This document shows positions 1 to 11,112 of a stretch of 64,000 nt of DNA, one piece after another. The first letter of the stretch is position 1, and each line of letters starts with the position of its first letter. The stretch covers positions 256,001 to 320,000 of the forward strand of contig JBDHZC010000002.1 in the NCBI GenBank assembly GCA_039811685.1. Reading direction: 5' to 3'. Made by a program: the position numbers and the translations under genes. This DNA is from Armatimonadota bacterium. GTDB taxonomy: Bacteria; Armatimonadota; UBA5829; DSUL01. The notes beneath the pieces were generated by a model that saw only the letters and a list, made by a program, of their open reading frames with translations, made no database searches and was not told the DNA's origin.

Positions 1-152
1 CGCCCAATGGAAATGCCAGCCAGCGATCTTTCTGGCCCAAAAGAGACTGGCGCAGCCCGGCGCGACCTGGCGGCTTCCCCGGTCCCCGCCGCGCAGGCCA
101 AAACCGCTGAGGTCAGCGCAATCCCCATCACTGTGTAAAATCTAGCGTTCAT
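1..152 (-). CDS. Secreted hypothetical protein, N-terminal fragment running off the window start
   Basis: ATG at 152 reads MNARFYTVMGIALTSAVLACAAGTGEAARSRR..., a signal-peptide-like start, and stays open to position 1. Confidence 0.6.
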   Translation of the reverse strand, partial: MNARFYTVMGIALTSAVLACAAGTGEAARSRRAAPVSFGPERSLAGISIG

Positions 153-234
153 AGATGAATCTCTCGTAGCCTTCTTATTTTTCCCGGACGCCTGGGCTAT
201 GGAAAACCTGTCTCAGATCCCGTCCCGAAGCCTT

Positions 235-1992
235 TTATTTTCTCAGGTCCGAGATGCCCACCATTTTCAGATTCCGGCTCCTGAAGTTCGCGATCATCGC
301 CGGAAACGCTTTCAGAGTCGTTGGTTCACAGTTGTGCAACAGCAGGACTGACCCTGCCTGCACTTTAGCCGCAGCGTATTGTTCCATTGTGGCCACCGGT
401 CCTCCTTCATACGGCCCGACATGAGTCGTCCACATGACCGGCGTAAGGCCGAACTCAGCCGCAGTGCGCCGCGCCACCGCATTGAGATGCCCGCCCGGCG
501 GGCGGAAAAAGCGCGGAATCTGTCCCGTAAGCTCGTGTATTATTGATATCGGCCCAAACAGCTCCCTAATAAACTCCTCGGTGTTGAGCTGGGTCATGCT
601 GCGGTGCGACTCGGAATGGCAGGCCAGCTCGTGACCGCCAGCCGCAATCTTCTTCAGCAAATCAGGATATCTGCGAGCCTGCGATCCGACGATGAAAAAT
701 GTCGCTCTTACGCCACTGGCGCTCACGGCCTCCAGTAATGACTCTGTACCATCATTAGGCCCGTCGTCAAAAGTTACGGCAATGCTGTGGTCAGTTCCTT
801 TGCCCTTCCACACTGTCTCCAGAGCGGAAAAGCGTGTCAGGCTCTTCCACCTCGATCCTGCATCACGGTAGAAAGGCTCGCTTGCCAGCACTCTTTCGTA
901 GTGAAGCATGGCTTCTCTGGACCGCCCACTCTGCTCTGCAATCCTGCCAAGTTCGTATTCATTCCACGTATGACACGGCCCAAGTCTCAACAGTTCCCAC
1001 AGCGCCTGGATCAACCGGTCGGCCGCCGGCCCGGTAATTGGCGCACCCGGCGAGGGCGCGACGTTTGTGACCATCACCTGCTGAGAGGTCTCTCCCAGGA
1101 CGTACCCGGCTCCCGTCTGGCTGCGCATCGTCACAGTGTGCACACCGTTGGCTACGCGGCTGGTATCCCAGGATATTTCATAGGGCGGCGCGTTCACGAT
1201 GCCGATAACACTGTCGTCCACCATGAACTGGACGTATTCTGCCCCCGGAGTTTTGCTTCTATCCGCACGGAGCCGCACGACTCCTGAAAACCCGGTGAGA
1301 GGTCCGGCCTGAACCTGCCCCAGGATTTCAGACGCAGCGTTGCTCAGGCTCACATAGTGCACCGGCGCTGCGGGATCCATACTGAAGCCCAGACCAGAAT
1401 CCAGAGCCGCGACGGGCTCCGTCCTGCGTTTGACAGAACTCAACAGAGCTTCCGCTTTCGGCAAATCTCCCGCGCGAAGGCTGGCGTAAGCCGCCATCTG
1501 AACGAAGGCAGGCTCGTTCCTGACTCTGTCAGGCCCTCCGCCCCTCAGCACATCAATATAGGCGCTGAGCGCCTGCAGATCCTCTGTCTGCACCCATTTT
1601 CCGGAAGAGGGCAGACGGCTCCGGGCAGCTCCAAAATCCCGGCGGGCCAGACTGCACACAGCTTTGCCGTAAGCGCAGATGTCGCCCGGAGCATTCATCT
1701 TGATCGCTTCGTCAAAGGCTTTGTCCGCCTCCGCAAAAGCGCCGCAATGCAGGTAGATTACAGGCCGGACGAGGTAGGCCAGGCGCTCATCCCGCCTCTG
1801 CTCCAGCGCAGCCACCAGCGCCTGGTGCGCACTCACGCAGCTTCCCGACTCAAGCTCCTGAAGCGCTGTAGCCAGGCGCTCCAGATACAGCCTGTCAGGC
1901 GCAGGCAGAGCCGCGCGCGCAGGCGCAGCGACACCGGTGATTACGGCGGCGAGAAATACAATGAAGACAGCGAGTTTGTTCCAAAAAATCAC
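235..1992 (-). CDS. Secreted polysaccharide deacetylase (CE4/NodB) with TPR repeats and a bacterial Ig-like domain
   Basis: Signal peptide; TPR-like helices; Ig motif APPYEISWDTSRVANGVHTVT; NodB motifs TFDDGP, HSESH, FRPPGG, LLH. Confidence 0.85.
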   Translation of the reverse strand: MIFWNKLAVFIVFLAAVITGVAAPARAALPAPDRLYLERLATALQELESGSCVSAHQALVAALEQRRDERLAYLVRPVIYLHCGAFAEADKAFDEAIKMNAPGDICAYGKAVCSLARRDFGAARSRLPSSGKWVQTEDLQALSAYIDVLRGGGPDRVRNEPAFVQMAAYASLRAGDLPKAEALLSSVKRRTEPVAALDSGLGFSMDPAAPVHYVSLSNAASEILGQVQAGPLTGFSGVVRLRADRSKTPGAEYVQFMVDDSVIGIVNAPPYEISWDTSRVANGVHTVTMRSQTGAGYVLGETSQQVMVTNVAPSPGAPITGPAADRLIQALWELLRLGPCHTWNEYELGRIAEQSGRSREAMLHYERVLASEPFYRDAGSRWKSLTRFSALETVWKGKGTDHSIAVTFDDGPNDGTESLLEAVSASGVRATFFIVGSQARRYPDLLKKIAAGGHELACHSESHRSMTQLNTEEFIRELFGPISIIHELTGQIPRFFRPPGGHLNAVARRTAAEFGLTPVMWTTHVGPYEGGPVATMEQYAAAKVQAGSVLLLHNCEPTTLKAFPAMIANFRSRNLKMVGISDLRK

Positions 1993-2134
1993 TACACTAC
2001 ATGACGCACCGGACGCCGAGCGTGTTCTCCAATTCCAAACAGGGGGTCAACGAACGGAGTCGGGCGTGGCTTGCGGGACATTAAAGCTCAATCCGCCAGG
2101 TACAGCCCACCAGACGGCCTGAAGCCGGCCGACT

Positions 2135-2671
2135 TCAGTTCTTGGTTGAATCCCGCTGGACAATCTCCGGACCGGCGCGACTCACTTTGCACAGAGCCGT
2201 CATGACCTTGTCCCACAGTGTCACCGTCTGAGGCTCGGGCGCGGTCAGGCGCTGCGCCAACTGATCCTGCCCCGGCAACACAAAAGGCACTTCACCAGGC
2301 TTGATATATCCGTAGTCACGTGAAAGCGCGACGGCTCCGCGGGGAGATTCGGCAAACTTGAGCTGCCACTTCAGGTCTTCCTGCTTCTGGCGCTCCTCTT
2401 TCACTTTGCGCTCAAGGGCGGGTGTGTCGCGGGAAACAAGCCAGATGGCGCAGAACGGCCGTATCGCGTACGTAGCCCCTTCAAAGAGGACAGCGAGCAC
2501 AGCAAAAATCACGAAATAGCGCCTTATCAGCGCTCGAGGGGTGGCCCTGGCGCGGTTATCTGTCTTGCGCGACCTTGAAACGCGAGGTTTTTTGAGAGGC
2601 TCGACTGGAAGTCTGTTGAGCCTGAGGAGATCCTTCTCCGCTTCCGTGGGCATCCTGCACTTCTCCACCAA
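2135..2671 (-). CDS. FtsB/DivIC-like septum formation initiator
   Basis: One TM helix, then a coiled coil, then SRDYGYIKPGEVPF (typical DivIC motif); lies downstream of eno-pyk, and ftsB commonly follows eno. Confidence 0.65.
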   Translation of the reverse strand: MVEKCRMPTEAEKDLLRLNRLPVEPLKKPRVSRSRKTDNRARATPRALIRRYFVIFAVLAVLFEGATYAIRPFCAIWLVSRDTPALERKVKEERQKQEDLKWQLKFAESPRGAVALSRDYGYIKPGEVPFVLPGQDQLAQRLTAPEPQTVTLWDKVMTALCKVSRAGPEIVQRDSTKN

Positions 2672-2721
2672 CCAGCGAATGCCCAGGGCGATCCCTCACC
2701 CAGGACTCCGCCGGTCTTTCT

Positions 2722-4155
2722 CTACCCGATACTGTCACCAACGCGATGGTATTTGATGAGACTGGTATTGCCGGGCACTCCGGCCCGGACACCCGCAATG
2801 ATGATAACCCAATCATGCAGGTTTACAACGCCGGTGTCAATGGCTCCTTTCACGGCTGTTGAAATCATGTCGTCCATGCTCGCCTGTCCTTCAGTCCGAT
2901 ACGGCCGCACACCCCACGAAAGCGCGAGCTGCCCCCGGACAAACTCAGCGGAGACGGATGCCAGGACAGGAACGGAAGGACGCTGCTTGCTCACGGCCCG
3001 GGCTGTTGCGCCTGTTGCGGTGCAGCTTATAATCGCCTTGACATCCAGCTCCTCCGCCATAGTCGCCGCGGCCATGGCGATGGCGTCTGTGGAAGATATT
3101 CCGGAGCGAGAGCGTGTTCTGCCCCGTTGTGAGGAGTCTCCAAGCAGATACTCTTCTGCCTGCTCCGCCACCTGGGCCATTGTCTGAACGCATTCGACCG
3201 GATAGCGCCCGATAGCTGTCTCTTCGCTCAGCATCACGGCGTCAGTTCCATCCAGAATAGCATTAGCGATATCTGCCGCTTCGGCGCGCGTTGGACGTGG
3301 ACTGTCAACCATGCTCATCAACATCTGCGTGGCGACAATAACCGGCTTTCCGGCCGCGCGACACTTCTTGATAATCTCTTTTTGAATCAGTGGAACCTGC
3401 TGAATCGGGATTTCAATTCCCAGATCTCCACGCGCGACCATCACCCCATCAAAAGCCGCAATGATCTCATCGAGATGATCCAGCGCCTGTTTGCGCTCGA
3501 TTTTCGCCAGAAAGCGCACGCGGCTGCCCACCGACCTGGCAGCCTCTCTGAAGGGAATCACATCCTGGGGACTGGCGACAAAGGAGACGGCCACCCAGTC
3601 AACACCGGCTTCCATTCCAAAACGCAGATGCTCCAGATCGACCGTAGTCGCCGGTGGCAGCGCAACCTGACTGTCGGGAACGTTGACTCCCTTGTGACTG
3701 CGCAGCACTCCGCCAACTACCACTTCCGCAGTCACGCCGTCGCTGTCTTTGGCCAGCACTCTCAGATCCAGCATTCCGTCGGCCAGGTAGAAGTGAGTCC
3801 CAGAGGACATGCCCACCAGAATCTCCGGATGCGGGAGACCGATGCGCTGCGCATCACCCAGCGCCACATCTGCTTCGAAGCGCACCCGGCGGCCGGTTTC
3901 AAGTGTAGCAGACCCACCCTTGAGCGCGCCTATGCGAATCTTGGGTCCCGGCAGATCCTGCAGCACGCCAACGGCGATCCCACGCTCCTCAGCCACTGCG
4001 CGAACCGCCTCAATGTTGGCCCGGTGAAAGGCGTGAGTCCCGTGCGAGAAGTTCAGCCGCGCGACGTTCATTCCCGCGTCTGTCAACGCTTCAATAGCTT
4101 CCTGCCCACTGCTCGCCGGTCCCAGTGTGCAGACTATCTTTGTGCGGCGCGCCAC
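2722..4155 (-). CDS. pyk: Pyruvate kinase
   Basis: RRTKIVCTLGPAS, ARLNFSHG, MVARGDLGIE, ATQMLMSM, DGTDAVMLSEETA. Confidence 0.98.
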   Translation of the reverse strand: MARRTKIVCTLGPASSGQEAIEALTDAGMNVARLNFSHGTHAFHRANIEAVRAVAEERGIAVGVLQDLPGPKIRIGALKGGSATLETGRRVRFEADVALGDAQRIGLPHPEILVGMSSGTHFYLADGMLDLRVLAKDSDGVTAEVVVGGVLRSHKGVNVPDSQVALPPATTVDLEHLRFGMEAGVDWVAVSFVASPQDVIPFREAARSVGSRVRFLAKIERKQALDHLDEIIAAFDGVMVARGDLGIEIPIQQVPLIQKEIIKKCRAAGKPVIVATQMLMSMVDSPRPTRAEAADIANAILDGTDAVMLSEETAIGRYPVECVQTMAQVAEQAEEYLLGDSSQRGRTRSRSGISSTDAIAMAAATMAEELDVKAIISCTATGATARAVSKQRPSVPVLASVSAEFVRGQLALSWGVRPYRTEGQASMDDMISTAVKGAIDTGVVNLHDWVIIIAGVRAGVPGNTSLIKYHRVGDSIG

Positions 4156-4251
4156 GGCTATAGTGTCCCTCGCCCAGGAGTACGGTAAAGATGAAAACAG
4201 GCAGTCAGAGCCTGAAAACGTAACGCACCTGCTCCGACTGCCCTCACAGCG

Positions 4252-5556
<1,305 letters not shown>

Positions 5557-5619
5557 TTATGTGTGGCTTTCACGGCGCCCTTGCTCTGATGAGACCGCGA
5601 GGATTTTAGCCGAAACCGC

Positions 5620-5655
5620 CTCCTCGAGCCAGACGCAAGGGTCTGGCTCGAGGAG
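5620..5655. repeat. Perfect 15-bp inverted repeat with a 6-nt loop in the divergent eno/oxidoreductase intergenic region
   Basis: CTCCTCGAGCCAGAC-gcaagg-GTCTGGCTCGAGGAG. Confidence 0.8.
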
Positions 5656-5740
5656 TGCCTTACCCACTGAGAGTAGCAGGTTTGGAGGAACTTGTACTGG
5701 GGGAGCTAACTCTCAGGCGATAACCTTGGAGGAGATGGAT

Positions 5741-6721
5741 ATGGCGGATGCAATCAGATGGGGTATTCTTGGCGCGGGTGGTATCGCGCGCAAAATGGCG
5801 GAGGCGCTAAATGCGCTTCCAGACGCGGACCTGGCAGCGGTAGGCTCACGAGATATTGAGAAAGCGCGCAAATTTGCCTCCGAGTGCGGGATAGCGAAGG
5901 CTTATGGCAGCTACGCTGAGATGGCCGCCGATGACAACCTCGACATCATTTATGTCGCCACCGCTCATCCGTACCACAAAGACTGCACGGTCCTGTGCCT
6001 GGAGCATGGGAAGGCCGTACTGTGCGAAAAACCCTTCGCGGTCAACTTTGCGGAAGCCGAGCAGATGGTGGAGACGGCGCGAAAGCAAAAGCGATTTCTA
6101 ATGGAGGCGATGTGGACGCGCTTTCTTCCAGTGATGGAAAGAGCGCGCCAGATGGTCTCAGAAGGCGCCATTGGGGAGTTGCGAATGCTGCAGGCGGATT
6201 TTGGCTTTCGCGCCGGATGGGATCCGTCCGGCCGTCTCCTGAACCCACAGCTTGCGGGCGGAGGATTGCTGGACGTGGGCGTTTACACGGTATCCCTGGC
6301 TTCCTGGTTTTTGGGCGCTCCGGAGCACATCGCATCCCTGGCGCATCTCGGACAAACCGGAGTGGATGAACAGTGCGCCATGCTGCTTGGGTATGGCGGT
6401 GGAGAGGTGGCGATACTCTCCTCGGCCGTGCGTACAAACACTCAGCATGAAGCTGTGCTGATGGGCTCTGAGGGGATGATTCGCATCCCAAACTTCTGGC
6501 GCGCCACCAGAATGACTGTCACAAAGGGCGACGAGACAGAGACTATCGAGATGCCCCTTGCCATAAACGGGTTTGAGTACGAGGCGGAGGAGTGCATGCG
6601 GTGCATCCGGCAGGGCAAAACCGAAAGCGAAGTCATCGGGCTGAACGAAACACTGTCCATCATAAGAACAATGGATGAGATTCGCAGCCAGTGGGGACTG
6701 AAGTATCCGATGGAGGCGTGA
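5741..6721 (+). CDS. Gfo/Idh/MocA family oxidoreductase (sugar dehydrogenase-like)
   Basis: IRWGILGAGGIA, LCEKP, MEAMWTRF, GGGLLDVGVY; GGAGGAG RBS before ATG 5741, so the true start is shorter than the ORF-track start. Confidence 0.92.
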   Translation: MADAIRWGILGAGGIARKMAEALNALPDADLAAVGSRDIEKARKFASECGIAKAYGSYAEMAADDNLDIIYVATAHPYHKDCTVLCLEHGKAVLCEKPFAVNFAEAEQMVETARKQKRFLMEAMWTRFLPVMERARQMVSEGAIGELRMLQADFGFRAGWDPSGRLLNPQLAGGGLLDVGVYTVSLASWFLGAPEHIASLAHLGQTGVDEQCAMLLGYGGGEVAILSSAVRTNTQHEAVLMGSEGMIRIPNFWRATRMTVTKGDETETIEMPLAINGFEYEAEECMRCIRQGKTESEVIGLNETLSIIRTMDEIRSQWGLKYPMEA

Positions 6722-6807
6722 CTGCGAAGCTCTGCGACAAAGGAGACCGAAGCGGTGCGGTCTAACTAACACATTACTACCCGCACTGAAGTGAGGACGC
6801 CTCCCCT

Positions 6808-8865
6808 TTGCCTGAGCCACCGACGGATCATCTGGCCAAAATACAACACTGCGGGGCTGAAAGAGCCAGCGCAGCGGACTGCGAAAGCGACCTGAAAATC
6901 GAGGTCGGCGATTCCGGGCGACACGGCGGTGTGAGCGCGCGCGCCGTCCTCACGTCACTGGCGTTGATCGTAGCCATGTGCTGGTGGATCACCTACTCTG
7001 AAGTGCGCACAGGCACGACAGAGATTACCTGCACAGCGCTGCCAATCGGGGCGATCTTTGCGCTGTTTGTTGTGTGTAGCCTCAACGCATTTGTGCAGAG
7101 TGTGCGCCCGGCAGCGGCGTTCAAGCCCGGAGAGCTTGCCACAATTTACATCCTGACCGCCGTCGGCTCCTCAGTAGCGGGGATCGGAATGATCGGCTTT
7201 CTCACTCCGGCGCTGGCCAATCCCCTCTGGTTTCCGTTTGACCACTGGAAGGAGATGGCAGACGCTGTCCCCTGGTCCTGGGCGCCGCGCGACCAGGAAG
7301 CCATTCGCGCTTTTTATGTGGGCAACAGCACGTTGTACACATGGGCGCACATTCGCGCATGGATTCCACCGCTTCTGGTCTGGGGTGGGTTCCTGCTGCT
7401 GATTCTTTTTATGATGTTGTGCTTCGCCGCAATTCTCCGGCGGCAGTGGATTGAAAATGAGCGCCTGACTTTTCCTATCACTTACGTACCAGTCGCCATG
7501 ACCATGTCACCGGGAGGATTCGGAGAGCTGATGCGTGGCCGCGCAATGTTGATAGGATTTTTGATTCCGGTGGTGCTGCAGTCTATCAACAGCCTGAACT
7601 GGCTGTTTCCGCAGATTCCCGCGATTCCGCTCAAACCCACAGCCGGCGGGCCGCTGGATCTCGGTCCGTTCTTCAGGACACCACCCTGGAATGCGCTTGG
7701 CTATTTCCCTCTGGCGTTTCACCCGAACACCATCGGCCTGTCCTATATTCTCACCACAGACGTCTCGTTCAGTTGCTGGTTTTTCTATCTGGTGCGCAAG
7801 TTCTCTGAAGTCTGGTGCGTTGCGCTCGGTTGGCGCACTGGCTCGGGAAGCTCGGCCTTTGCCAGAATGCCGTTTTCGTCTGAGCAAGGCGTTGGAGCCT
7901 GGCTGGCGCTGGCGGCTCTGGCTCTCTGGATTGCGCGAAAACACCTGGCTGCGGTCTGGCGCGGCGCTATGCGACCGTCTGAAGCCAACGACGCAGATGA
8001 GGGTATGTCCTATAGAACGGCAGTATTTGGCGCGATAGCCTGCTTTGCAGGAGCCATTGCGTTTGCGTGCTGGGGCGGGCTGCCGCTGATTGCGTCTGCG
8101 CTGTTGTTTGGGATATTCGGCGCTTACATGCTTGCGCTCACACGCATCCGGGCGGAAGTAGGCACGGCGTGGAACTTCGGCCCGTGGGTGAATCCACCGG
8201 AGATGGTGGTGCGCACTCTCGGGCCTATGAACTTCAGCACTCACGCTCTGGCTGCGCTGGCCTACCACGGATGGTACAACATGGACTACCGCTCCATGAC
8301 AGCGCCTCACCTATTTGAAGGCTACAAAATCGGAGAGCAGGGACGTCTGCGCACGCGAAGGCTGACGCTGGCCATGGTAGCGGCCGTTGTTGTGGGCATC
8401 CTCTGCGCGTCCTGGACTGTGCTGCATCTGTACTATACGTACGGCGCAGGCACAGCCAAGGTGAACCCGTGGCGCATTGAGATGGGCCAGATCCCCTATA
8501 CCAGGGCGGCCTCGCACATTCTGGAGCGCGACGTGGGCCCAGACTTTCCCGGGCTGACCGCTGCGGGCGTGGGCGCCGCCATCACAGTGTTACTCAGCAT
8601 AGCCCGGACGCAGTTTGTGTCGTGGCCCTTCCACCCGGCCGGCTACGCTGTCGCCAACACCTATATCACCGACCTCCTCTGGTTCCCTTTCTTTCTGGGG
8701 TGGCTGGCCAAGCTCTTGACGCTGAAGTTTGGCGGGATGAAGTTCTACCGCAAAGCGCTGCCCTTTTTCATTGGGTTGATCCTGGGCGACTATGTGATCG
8801 CAAGCCTGTGGACCTTTGTCGGCATCATCCTGAACAGCGATATGTACCGCTGTTTCCCGAACTAG
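6808..8865 (+). CDS. Polytopic membrane protein, DUF6785/DUF6784 type (putative transporter)
   Basis: Many TM helices; motifs LRRQWIENERLTFP, SFSCWFFY, RIRAEVG, WPFHPAGYA, PFFIGLILGD; paralog of 24497-26557. Confidence 0.75.
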   Translation: MPEPPTDHLAKIQHCGAERASAADCESDLKIEVGDSGRHGGVSARAVLTSLALIVAMCWWITYSEVRTGTTEITCTALPIGAIFALFVVCSLNAFVQSVRPAAAFKPGELATIYILTAVGSSVAGIGMIGFLTPALANPLWFPFDHWKEMADAVPWSWAPRDQEAIRAFYVGNSTLYTWAHIRAWIPPLLVWGGFLLLILFMMLCFAAILRRQWIENERLTFPITYVPVAMTMSPGGFGELMRGRAMLIGFLIPVVLQSINSLNWLFPQIPAIPLKPTAGGPLDLGPFFRTPPWNALGYFPLAFHPNTIGLSYILTTDVSFSCWFFYLVRKFSEVWCVALGWRTGSGSSAFARMPFSSEQGVGAWLALAALALWIARKHLAAVWRGAMRPSEANDADEGMSYRTAVFGAIACFAGAIAFACWGGLPLIASALLFGIFGAYMLALTRIRAEVGTAWNFGPWVNPPEMVVRTLGPMNFSTHALAALAYHGWYNMDYRSMTAPHLFEGYKIGEQGRLRTRRLTLAMVAAVVVGILCASWTVLHLYYTYGAGTAKVNPWRIEMGQIPYTRAASHILERDVGPDFPGLTAAGVGAAITVLLSIARTQFVSWPFHPAGYAVANTYITDLLWFPFFLGWLAKLLTLKFGGMKFYRKALPFFIGLILGDYVIASLWTFVGIILNSDMYRCFPN

Positions 8866-8971
8866 CCAGCGGGCTGACGCAGGTCTCCGGGTGTCAAGAA
8901 CGCGACTCCGAGTGAGGCTTGAGGGGCTCGACTTCGTAGCTGCCCAGTCCGCCGAGTTATCTCCTGCGTAC

Positions 8972-9040
8972 AAAAAATGCACGGCGGCAAACTGAGAAGG
9001 GAAAGAAGTAACTAAGAAACCTTCAAGTTCACCGCCGTGC
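8972..9040 (-). terminator. Long hairpin plus U6 tract: terminator of the ric operon, or a small RNA
   Basis: GCACGGCGG (8979-8987) / CCGCCGTGC (9032-9040), inner pairs AACT/AGTT and GAAGG/CCTTC, A6 at 8972-8977 on the + strand. Confidence 0.6.
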
Positions 9041-9132
9041 TTCAGTGTAAGCGCGAAGGAAACTGCATGGCGCGATACGTCAAAGACCGATAGGTACGAA
9101 TCGCACCTGAAGTTGTCACTCAGACCGCTTTG

Positions 9133-9864
9133 TCAGGCGACAGGCGCGGCTGAGTTCAGATCCTGCTCGAGCACGATAGACTTGGGGAACAGAATGTTGT
9201 TCTCCAGATGAATGTGCCGGAAAAGGTCATCTTCGAACTCCTTGAGAAGTGAGTACGTGACCATATAGGTGTTGCAGGCATCTGGCGGCGGAGTGTACTT
9301 GTCGCTCAGCACAGACATCTTGTGGAAGCGCTCGCCCACAGCATCGTGATCGTGATGCATGCTGGCGATGGGAACCTCCACAGAAGAAGAATCCTGCGCG
9401 CTCCCCTTCTTCGAGTCTACGAGCTTGCGAATCTGAGGGAAAAGGCCGGACTCTTCCTTGTCCATGTGCTCCACGAGCTCCTTGGCAGACTCAGAAAAGA
9501 GCTCATTGATGTCCACCAGCTCCGGATGGCGCCCACCGTGAACACGCATAATCTTGTCCAGATATGGCGTGATCTCCTCAATTCGATGGCGGACGTAGCG
9601 GTGGTGCGTCTTCTCAATGTAGTCCGCCAGCAAATCCAGCGGCCAGGAGTTGTAATCCTGCTCTTCGGTCTGCGCCGGGGTGGCCTCGACCTCTTTGAGC
9701 TGCGCAATAAGGTCATCCACATTCAAATTGCTCTGCTCACATGCGTGCTGAATGGAGTGGTTTCCCTTGCAGCAGAAATCGATACCGGCCGCTCTGAAAA
9801 CACCGGCATACCGGTAGTTCTCTGCGACAATCTGTCCTACGTTGCTTTGTGGTGTAATGTTCAT
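9133..9864 (-). CDS. ric: Iron-sulfur cluster repair di-iron protein (Ric/YtfE/ScdA)
   Basis: GIDFCCKG, THHRYV, HMDKEE, HIHLENNILFP hemerythrin motifs. Confidence 0.95.
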   Translation of the reverse strand: MNITPQSNVGQIVAENYRYAGVFRAAGIDFCCKGNHSIQHACEQSNLNVDDLIAQLKEVEATPAQTEEQDYNSWPLDLLADYIEKTHHRYVRHRIEEITPYLDKIMRVHGGRHPELVDINELFSESAKELVEHMDKEESGLFPQIRKLVDSKKGSAQDSSSVEVPIASMHHDHDAVGERFHKMSVLSDKYTPPPDACNTYMVTYSLLKEFEDDLFRHIHLENNILFPKSIVLEQDLNSAAPVA

Positions 9865-9875
9865 GCTTATTAGTC

Positions 9876-10652
9876 TTAGTTTTTTTCCGCTATTATGGCA
9901 ACAGCATTCAAGTGCGGCTCATACTTTCGAAACACTCTGCGCATCTCCGCAATCCTCTTCCGAGCCTGCGGGTGCAGAAGGATGTTGACGTTGATTTTGA
10001 TCGCTCTGAAGAAGCCTTCATCATCCAGCACTCGCTTCGACTCCAACAGATGCATGGTGTTGGTGTCAACTGACCTGATAGTGAATCCTTCTTTCTCGAG
10101 CAGTGCCTTCCACTGACTCACGGTCCGCGGACGGGCGTTGACTCGGATTACACGGGCAAGCTCCTTTCGGATCTCTGTCTCCAGATCCTCTCCAAGATTT
10201 TCGGGGCACAGGCCCAACTCGTGAATTCCGTACAGCCCACCCTTGCGCAGTACGCGATACGCTTCTCCTATGATTTTCGACTTCTGCGCGTCTGACTGCA
10301 TTGTCAGCATCGCTTCGCCGTAAACTTTGTCCCGGCTCTCTGCCGGTAATCCCGTCTGCTCAGCGCTGCCAAGGAGAAAGGATGTGTTGCCGTTTCTTAT
10401 ACCCCTCCTGAGCAGCTTCACCGCGTCCTCATCCGCATCAATTCCCACGTAAGACTGTGGGTGTCTGGCAAGAGCAAGCGCCGCAGTGTACCCGAGTCCC
10501 GGCGCAAACTCAGCGACGCGATCCTGAGGTGAAATATGTAGCCCTTCGATCAGCTTGTGAGTGAGCTCTTTGCCACCGGGGCGCAGTACTCTCTTGCCCA
10601 TACGCGCGAGGATCCAGTGACCTTTGGCTTTTGCAAAATTGTCTTTGTCCAT
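9876..10652 (-). CDS. Class I SAM-dependent methyltransferase
   Basis: GHWILARMGKRVLRPGG, VAEFAPGLGYT (motif I), GEAMLTMQ. Confidence 0.88.
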   Translation of the reverse strand: MDKDNFAKAKGHWILARMGKRVLRPGGKELTHKLIEGLHISPQDRVAEFAPGLGYTAALALARHPQSYVGIDADEDAVKLLRRGIRNGNTSFLLGSAEQTGLPAESRDKVYGEAMLTMQSDAQKSKIIGEAYRVLRKGGLYGIHELGLCPENLGEDLETEIRKELARVIRVNARPRTVSQWKALLEKEGFTIRSVDTNTMHLLESKRVLDDEGFFRAIKINVNILLHPQARKRIAEMRRVFRKYEPHLNAVAIIAEKN

Positions 10653-11112
10653 ATGCTTTGCGTGCTGGCATCTGCTGGCGCCGCACAGAGTAGCCGATGA
10701 ACACGGCGGAGCCGGATATTTGCTCCGCGCTGCCCGGCTTACACGTTGACGCTGAGAAACCTTAGATTTCTTTCAGATTCAAAAGGCCTCCGGAAGGCAT
10801 TGAGCCAGACCAACAGCAGTGTTCACGCTCGAAGGGTCCTCAGGTCGTTAGTACGCGCGGACTCGCGGAAAAGATTGGCTTACATGCATCTCAGTGGCAA
10901 CACGAACTGGTTAGAGTTTACCCAAAAACCAGAAGAAGTCGCATCCCGATATATCTCAGGTGTTGGCCGTGCGAACGAGAGGAGTCCGGACACAAAGCCA
11001 GCGAATGCGCAGTTTTGCAGAGCCGCACTCCGGGCCAGGCCGTGGAGTCTGGTATAATTGATACAGGCGTCGGCTATTTGCGCAGAGACGCTGCCCCTTC
11101 GAGCCGTTGTGA

